Source: an uncultured Acidobacteriota bacterium (GTDB lineage: Bacteria; Acidobacteriota; UBA6911; RPQK01; JAPXNP01). From it: 64,000 bases of DNA. The translations under genes were made by a program, and so were the position numbers. Positions 62,246 to 64,000 of the stretch are shown here, one piece after another; positions within the stretch are counted from its first letter, which is position 1; each line of letters starts with the position of its first letter. The DNA is taken from contig CAVZRV010000007.1 of assembly GCA_963777605.1 (NCBI GenBank), forward strand, positions 608,001 to 672,000. The letters are read 5' to 3'. The notes under the pieces are model-generated. The model did not search any database. It had not been told where the DNA came from and saw only the letters and a list, made by a program, of their open reading frames with translations.

Positions 62246-63202
62246 ATGGACGACAGCATAGCGGAACAGCTCCAGGTCTTTGCCGACTATATTCACAACA
62301 ACAACTTGCGGATGACTCATCAGCGCGAGCTGATCGTGGAGACCTTCCTCACCAGTGACGGGCACCTCAGCACCGATGAACTCTATGATCTTGTCCGCCA
62401 GCGCGACTCCCGAATTGGGTACGCCACAGTTTTCCGGACGTTGAAGGCGCTGACGGACTGCGGCCTGGCGAGGGAGACCGACCTGGATGACGGCCGGACC
62501 CGATTCGAGCACACCTACCGCCGACCCCAACACCATCACATCGTTTGCGTTCAGTGCAACCGTACGATCGAGTTTTACAGCCCGGAACTGGAGCGTCTGC
62601 AGGAACGAATCGTCGCCCAGTACGATTTCGAAGCGGTTCGCAATCGCTTTCAGATTTTCGGGATTTGCCGGTCGTGTCAAAGCCAGCAGGATTCTGCGCG
62701 AGAGATGGTCGATGCCGATCTGGTCTTCGCCCGCGATGCGTTGCGGATTGCGCTGGAGACGGAACGTCGGGGAGTTCATTTCTACCAGACGGCTTCCAGC
62801 ATCGTTTCACATGCGTCGACCCGCAAGACGTTCCAGGAAATGCTCCAAGACGAAAAGAAGCATCTCGCACGGCTCGAGGGCGAATGGAAGCGTCTGATAG
62901 GAGATAACAAAAAGGTCCTGGACGCCCCCGTGTTTCTCCATTTTGATTTCGAGGCCCTCAAAAAGATCTTTCCCTCCCGCGAAGAGATCGCCGAGCGGCT
63001 TCGACCTGAAATGACCGAGGAGGATGCCCTGCGGCTCGCCATGTCTATGGAGCGCGACGCCGCGGACTTCTTCAACAGCTACGCCGAACGATTCAACGAC
63101 ACCAACGGGCGTGACGTGTTCCTCAAGTTTGCTGCAGAAGAGGAGGACCACTTCAACATTATCAGCCGTGCGCTGGAGTCCGCCCTCCAAGACCACGGCT
63201 AA
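62246..63202 (+). CDS. Fur-family regulator fused to a rubrerythrin/ferritin-like di-iron domain
   Basis: Fur motifs ATVFRTL, HHHIVCVQC and GICRSC; C-terminal ALETE..FY, DEKKH, AMSME..FF and EEEDH. Confidence 0.88.
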   Translation: MDDSIAEQLQVFADYIHNNNLRMTHQRELIVETFLTSDGHLSTDELYDLVRQRDSRIGYATVFRTLKALTDCGLARETDLDDGRTRFEHTYRRPQHHHIVCVQCNRTIEFYSPELERLQERIVAQYDFEAVRNRFQIFGICRSCQSQQDSAREMVDADLVFARDALRIALETERRGVHFYQTASSIVSHASTRKTFQEMLQDEKKHLARLEGEWKRLIGDNKKVLDAPVFLHFDFEALKKIFPSREEIAERLRPEMTEEDALRLAMSMERDAADFFNSYAERFNDTNGRDVFLKFAAEEEDHFNIISRALESALQDHG

Positions 63203-63434
63203 ACAGTACGACAAGTGCCCCGCTTGCCGCATGAACCGGGCTCCCAACACGGCACGCCGAGATACCCAGGTCCGGGGTAACGAAGGGCCCCGGCTTTCCT
63301 CGTCCGGCGCCGATCATCCTGTCCGGCCCCATTCCGCGTTGCGCAGACCCGGTGTGGTCTGCCTCTGAGTTGGGTGGGGAACGTTCGTTCCGGTGCCGTA
63401 CCCACGAGGCAACCTGGAAGGTTATCCTGCGGTT

Positions 63435-64000
63435 TTACAGGTTCAGGGGATAGCTCGTCAGCTTTTCGATTCCGGTTGCGGTGACCCGGTAGACTTCTTC
63501 GAGGCGGATACCGGCGGCCAGCTCCTCACCGTAGAGTCCCGGCTCAACGGTGAACACGTCTCCTTCTTCGAACATCTGGTTCCAGTGCGGGTTCAAGCTG
63601 GGACGCTCGTGAGGCGAGAGCCCGATGCCGTGCCCGAGGTGATGGAAAAAGGATTCTGGGCGGACCCTATCGAGGCGCTCCTTCACTTTCTGATAGAGCC
63701 TTCGGCAGGAATAGCCGGGAACCACTTCCCCTTCCACGAACCGGAGAGTCTCGACGAGGCACTCCCAGGCCTCATCCTGAAGCCGGGTTGTTTCCGCAAC
63801 CTTGAACGTTCGACAGGAATCCGCGTTGTAGCCCCCCACCCGGACACCGAGATCCAGGATGAACAACTCCCCGCCCTGGGTCGCACGAAGCCTCGGCGGT
63901 CCTCCGGGCGACGCGCACTGGAAGTCATTGCCGAGGGCCGGAAGCTTCTCTCCTGCCGCCACTACCGCGGTCTTGTAGAGTTCCGCATATAGCTCCAGTT
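63435..64000 (-). CDS. M24 Xaa-Pro peptidase (C-terminal part; begins beyond the window)
   Basis: DLG, YNADSCRT, HHLGHGIGL..HE, TVEPGLY and GIRLEE. Confidence 0.9.
   Translation of the reverse strand, partial: LELYAELYKTAVVAAGEKLPALGNDFQCASPGGPPRLRATQGGELFILDLGVRVGGYNADSCRTFKVAETTRLQDEAWECLVETLRFVEGEVVPGYSCRRLYQKVKERLDRVRPESFFHHLGHGIGLSPHERPSLNPHWNQMFEEGDVFTVEPGLYGEELAAGIRLEEVYRVTATGIEKLTSYPLNL

Noticed and set aside
63203-63434. Possible SRP RNA or other ncRNA between convergent genes
   Set aside because: CAGGTCCGG is present, but the conserved AAGGAAGCAGC loop is not.

Overview
Dense, GC-rich bacterial chromosomal window. The gene content (ASPIC/UnbV-CRTAC1 proteins, DUF2911, coproheme decarboxylase together with the LPS gene kdsB) suggests Acidobacteriota, by inference. 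It is mostly housekeeping and envelope genes: TonB-dependent receptor, glnS, kdsB, tatA/tatC, S41 protease, aminotransferase, trmJ, leuA/C/D and nfi. I found no rRNA, tRNA, CRISPR array or transposase. Several genes are broken by indels (HD-SLOG, Asp racemase, DUF62, SLC13, DUF6178, Hsp20 N-terminus), most likely long-read sequencing error. The standout is an intact ~14.4 kb minus-strand cluster (29062-43487). It encodes a carotenoid-cleavage-type oxygenase, four exported ASPIC/UnbV FG-GAP proteins, a TPR protein, an ACP, an active ketosynthase and a catalytically dead chain-length-factor-like KS. This looks like an uncharacterised type II PKS/lipid pathway with UnbV-like partners. Other oddities are an HPF/RaiA-sigma70 fusion, a Fur-rubrerythrin fusion, an HD-cpYpsA(SLOG) fusion, an orphan with a candidate sigma54 promoter next to a GAF-AAA+ activator, and a nested REP/REPIN-like palindrome.
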